A DNA stretch of 56,222 nucleotides, counting the filler, from Dugesia japonica (Eukaryota): NCBI GenBank assembly GCA_001938525.1. It is 5 parts of 5 records of this genome, joined end to end, with 100 filler letters (N's around TTAATTAATTAA, not from the genome) between each part and the next. Parts side by side here need not be neighbours in the genome. Positions count along the whole stretch, not along the records: positions 45,479 to 56,222 come from MQRL01600016.1; 4 more parts are not named here. The stretch is one strand, 5' to 3'. A program made the translations under genes and the position numbers. Numbering within the stretch: the first letter of the stretch is position 1; every line of letters begins with the position of its first letter. The notes under the pieces were generated by a model. It saw only the letters and a program-made list of their open reading frames with translations. It was not told the DNA's origin and ran no database searches. Shown piece by piece: positions 51,560 to 56,222 of the stretch.

Positions 51560-52610
51560 GTGTATTTGCACTTTAATCGATTATTTGCTGGATTTTAACT
51601 ATATGAAAGAATGTATTTGAAGAAATATTAGTGAAATAATTTCAATTAGATAAATTTTATGTATATATAATTTATTCAATTTTGAATTTGTTGGTTTAAA
51701 TAGTAAAAAGAATGACTGGTAAAGCTGCAGAGATGATATTTGTAAGATACCGCTTTCAAATGAAAACTCATGATATTTGTAGGCTTATCACATATTATTG
51801 GTAGAAGATCAAAATAAATAATTCCTTTAAAATCCCACCAGACAGAGAGCATCACTTTTTTTATGAATATCGGCGTGCATCATCACTTGCATTTCATATT
51901 TTAAAAATTCCAATTTTTTTATCACAAATTATAAGTCGCTTAAAAAATTTATCATTTACTTGACGTTTCAGAAGCAAATCACAGATGCCATTTCAATGTA
52001 GTGGATTTCGTTCTTTACAAAGGTGAGATACCCATATATTGAGCTTTGAAACAAAACCTAGCCGTTTCACGTGATTACAAATGGTTGAATTCGAGAAATT
52101 TATTATTATAGCAATATCTGGTGTTGTGATTTGGAGGTTCACTTCAATCAATTTATTTTCTCTTCATTAACTTCAATGGGTTTTCCTGAACTTGGTGGGT
52201 TTTCAACATCGAAATTTCCCGAACGAAATATTTGGAACTAGTTTTGACATTTGCGTTTGGTCAGGACATCTTTTCCATAAATGTCACAATTTCTTTCTCA
52301 ATTGAATCGCATTTTTACCTTTTCGGTAATAAAACAATAATATATGTCTAAATTGCAATTTTTCAATATTCATTTCAAATATGCCACCTAAAAGAATATT
52401 TGATATATTAAAACATTCATTTAATATAAAAGCTTTGATCAAAATTTTGGTTTTATTTATTGATATTGGATAACAATTCGATATTTCGACCTTGTCTTCG
52501 TCAGGAATTGACTTTTTTTTTTAAATATCAATGTTAAAATGAATGAATATTAAAATAGGAAGAAAATATACACTTGAAAACAACGAAATTACTTTCCGAA
52601 CAGCCTAATA
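51560..52610 (-). mobile_element. mariner element remnant with 5' TIR, interrupted by a PLE fragment
   Basis: TIR TATTAGGCTGTTCGGAAAGTAATTTCGTT; QFRHILLFYYRKGK; RKCQN*FQIFRSGNFDVENPPSSGKP. Confidence 0.8.
52474..52510 (-). ncRNA. Minimal type I hammerhead ribozyme motif, intact core
   Basis: Minus strand CAATTC-CTGACGA-A-GAC-AAG-GTC-GAAA-TATC-GAATTG: 6-bp stem I, CUGAnGA, 3-bp stem II, GAAA, palindromic AUAU in place of stem III, AUC cleavage site. Confidence 0.8.
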
Positions 52611-54237
52611 ATTTAATTCCATTGGGAAATAATATTTCTTTATTCCAGCATTTAGTAACATACATAAAATTGTAAACTGTGTCTGAAGACATTAAATTGA
52701 TTGGCGTTAATGCAGATTTTCAACAAAACGATAAAGAAATATTGAAGAATTGTCCTAAAGGCTTAGACAAATGGATTTTGTTATGTAATTATAGTGTTAT
52801 AACAATATAACTCCAAATTCTAATAAATTTCATTAAATACATTTGCACGATTGTGTAAGTTGATGTGAATTCTTGTGTTTCTCTATATGGAATATATTTA
52901 TTAAAGTAAAATAAATTATGAACACTTTCAAGCACAAATTTTTGAAAACAATAAATACTATAGATACACAGAAAAGATAACATTGCTGTTATTAATGTCA
53001 ATTTGAAAAAAACTAATGCAATCTTTGAGCTAATAAAGAGATTTTAAAGTTGCCCTCTATGTATCAACAGTTTGGTAGGTGGTTTAAATTATGGTATATG
53101 TGCTTGAAGGTATTAAAGCTTAAAATGGATCAAGAAATTGTTCAATAATATAAATAATGGGAAGTTGACATTAAAAAGAATGATTCAATTGTGACTTATT
53201 TATAGGCAGCACGTGATTTTACACAAAATATTCTTGTTGGGTCATTTGCGACCGATATTTGTTTAAATTGTAATATATCAGTGTATAATTGTATTAAATC
53301 GGTGTTTCGTAAACATTTGATGTTTAAGATTCATTATAGTTAATTTTAAAATTTTAATGTATGATCATAAATTGTGGAAATAATTATATTATTATAGTGT
53401 GTTGTATGCATGCTATTCGATGATGAAATACAAAGGCGCAAGAAAAATAAGAAATAATTTTATTTCATGGTTTCAAAGATATTTTCACAATTAAATTTTC
53501 AAATTAATGTGTAATTTTTAAGTCCAACATACGTTGAAGTCGCAAATGTTAAATATTTTAGAAGTACCGATATAAATAATTTTGCGATTAAACTACATCA
53601 ATTTACTTTTAGATCTAGTCTAATGGATTTCATTTGTTGGGAAATAATATTATTAATTTACAAGATCTTCAAACTCTTATATTAGCCAATACCTGCCTTT
53701 CGTGGAGCATCTTTTATTTCTAAGATATTATCTTATCATTTCCTATTTATCAATGTTTCTCAACCAAAAACACATAGCGAGCTAGTAAAATATATATTTC
53801 CTTCGTGGGACCACTAAAAAATTTCACAAAGGCAAATATATTTCATCTGCTAATAAATCCATTTATTTTGTTTGTAGAAAATCGCTAACGATTTCTCCTT
53901 TTTGATTTACAGTGAATATGAAGTTTTATGTATGTTAAGTTCAACTTTACTAAAAAGTGACGAATTGATAATCTTTTTCTTCTTATTAGAACTCTTGTTC
54001 AAATATTTATCCAACAATTAAATTTTAAAATCGAATTCTCGTTTTTAAATTATGTTTTTTATAAATTAAATTTCAAAATCTGTTTAACAAAATTATCAAT
54101 ATTTAAACCTTTATGAGTTAAATTTAGTTGAATCTTAAAATAAATTTTTAAATAAATATTTAAAAACAATGGTCTTTAAAAAATTGAGAATAATCCTTCA
54201 TACAAATCCTCATAAAATAGATAATCAATGATCTAAT

Positions 54238-54385
54238 GCAGGGGTTCTCGGTCGTGGAGATGTGTAGATACATGAAAGGGGTTCCGGGAGCTCAGCTAAT
54301 TTTATTACTGAAAAGTTATTATGATAAGGGTGGGGTGTTCCAAATTTTTCGTAAAGGTGTCGTCATCTAAAAAATGTTTCTTGTA
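54238..54385. mobile_element. Possible hAT-Charlie/Buster-type MITE
   Basis: Starts CAGGGGTTCTC (a typical TIR) and is locally GC-rich; the right end is degenerate. Confidence 0.35.
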
Positions 54386-55224
54386 ATACATTTTTCTAAT
54401 AAAATAAAATCACAAATAACAATAATTTGAATTAAATTAAAAAGTTTTTAAATATTTAGTTTAAAAGTTTTTGTTTATTAACAAAAGCATAATAATTGTT
54501 AAGTATATTTCGCGAACTACTAATTTTTTTTTCTTTAAACAAATTAGAAAATTCTGAATCCTTTATCAAGTTTTATTAATATAATATATCTTCTAAATTC
54601 CATCCTAATTTTTATTTCTAGACACGTAAATTTCAAATTAACTAAATAATTATCTATCATATCTCTTCAATACTTAATAAAAATATTTACTTACGATTTA
54701 CTCATTAAAAAAGGGACCAGATTTAGACATACTTAATTCGGGACCCTATTGGTCGAGTTGTGACCAATAAAGTAACTCAGAATTCTGTACTGTCTCGAAA
54801 AAATACGGTCATTATATTAATATAAATTTTTAGAAAATATTCTTACAAATAATTACACTTTGATTATAATAACGAATAGAAATGACACCTAATTAACAAT
54901 AATTTCTGAATTACGACTTCAGTGTTAAAAATTTAAAGATATTACAAATTATTATTAATAAAATGCAAAATAATAAAAGAAAATACTGAATTAAGTCAAT
55001 TTTAACACCCGTTTTTTAAAAAATATTTANNNNNNNNNNNNNNNNNNNNNNNNNNNNNNNNNNNNNNNNNNNNNNNNNNNNNNNNNNAAAAATTCCTTAC
55101 AATTATATATTGTAGTAGTTATCTTTATATCTGCAATAAGAAACTTTAAAAAATTGTCACTTGAACACATTGAACACATCGGTCTTAAATTTAATATTGA
55201 ATGTAATTGAATTTCATTTTTCAG

Positions 55225-56148
55225 AACTAAGAGTTTGGTACTTGATCTATTGTCTGCCGTGTGTCTAATTGAAGGAGGGCATGAAAGAGTATTAAAAGCT
55301 TTTGATTTGTTCAAAGTAATGACTAGGGAAGAACATCGGTTTGATACGTTAATGTATTTTTATAGGCATCATGAAACATTACCTCTTGATGATTATAATA
55401 TTGATTATGCGGTTTATTGTGTTACTAATTATTTTGAATTTAACTTTAATTATAGGTATCAAATATGCAATTTATCAATATTATAGTTCATTCAGTAGAA
55501 AATATAAATCTCAGAGTTTACCTACAATATGAATTTACTTTACTTGGTCTTGATAGTTTCTTAAAAGTAAATGATAATTAAATACTAATCTAAAACATCT
55601 TTCTAAATAGAAATTACAAGAACGTCCAGGGGATCGTTTGAACAGACAAGTGGATGCTTATTTAGATAATTTGGTGGATTGTAGTGTTTTATTGGAAGAT
55701 GCTGAAGCTAAGGAAGCTTATATCGCTGAATGTGAACGATTAGAAAAAGATATCAGTACACTTCAAGAACAGTTTACTCTGCTAGAAGCAGAAAAAGCGA
55801 GAAAAATTAAAGAATCTGAAGATCGTGTGCGTAAAGCCGAAAAGGAATTAGAAAAAGCTCAAGTATAGAATTATACTTCTCAAATTCTATACTATCTTAA
55901 ATTTATAGAATCGAGAAGACGAATTATCTTTGCTCGTCGAATCTCTTAGATCTAAAATTCGTGATATTAATGTTAATCTCTCAGATAGAGAAAGTGATAT
56001 GAAACGAGAAATTGAAGACTTGCACGACCAATTAAAGAAACTTCATCCTGTAGTAATTCAGAATGGCAACAATAATGTTAAAAAGAAACCAGCGGTTCCC
56101 ATACGTCAATCTAGTAATGATGTTAAGTCAATAAATGAAATTGAAAAA
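55225..56148 (+). CDS. FMNL: FMNL/FRL formin FH3 and coiled-coil exons (55225-55411, 55456-55566, 55611-55862, 55909-56148); gene continues past the window
   Basis: [27 protein letters not shown]...[33 protein letters not shown]...[23 protein letters not shown] closely follows FMNL1-3. Introns of 44, 44 and 46 nt, all GT-AG, keep the frame. Confidence 0.93.
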
Positions 56149-56166
56149 GTATTTTTATTATTATTA

Positions 56167-56222
<56 letters not shown>

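Noticed and set aside
34707-56148. DMA gene, hyccin and FMNL as a functional gene cluster
   Set aside because: The three genes lie on different scaffolds separated by artificial linkers.

Overview
Very AT-rich, intron-containing eukaryotic DNA from a fragmented draft assembly. The 44-57 nt introns, (ATT)n microsatellites and repeat spectrum suggest an invertebrate such as a planarian flatworm (inference). It is probably not one locus: four identical 100-nt linkers (44 N + TTAATTAATTAA + 44 N) join five scaffolds (about 1-11439, 11540-27605, 27706-36658, 36759-45378, 45479-56222). Host genes I could reconstruct, all on the + strand: a 3-exon SPINDOC/ZFTA-type zinc-finger gene, a DMA-domain (Dmrt-like) exon with an eh1 motif, the 3' part of hyccin/FAM126, and the GBD/FH3 exons of an FMNL formin. 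The rest is mostly decayed transposons: Penelope-like, Tc1/mariner, pogo/Tigger, hAT, piggyBac, Helitron and Polinton/Maverick. Two things stand out. (1) A dispersed Penelope-derived repeat carries a minimal type I hammerhead ribozyme, with two copies that keep an intact core and one inverted pair. (2) A decayed, intronless mosaic at about 17.1-18.0 kb holds a PABP fragment head-to-head with a divergent TBP-like gene, plus a possible EDC4-like piece, between direct repeats of a Tc1-containing unit. All homology calls come from manual translation and recalled motifs, not database searches.
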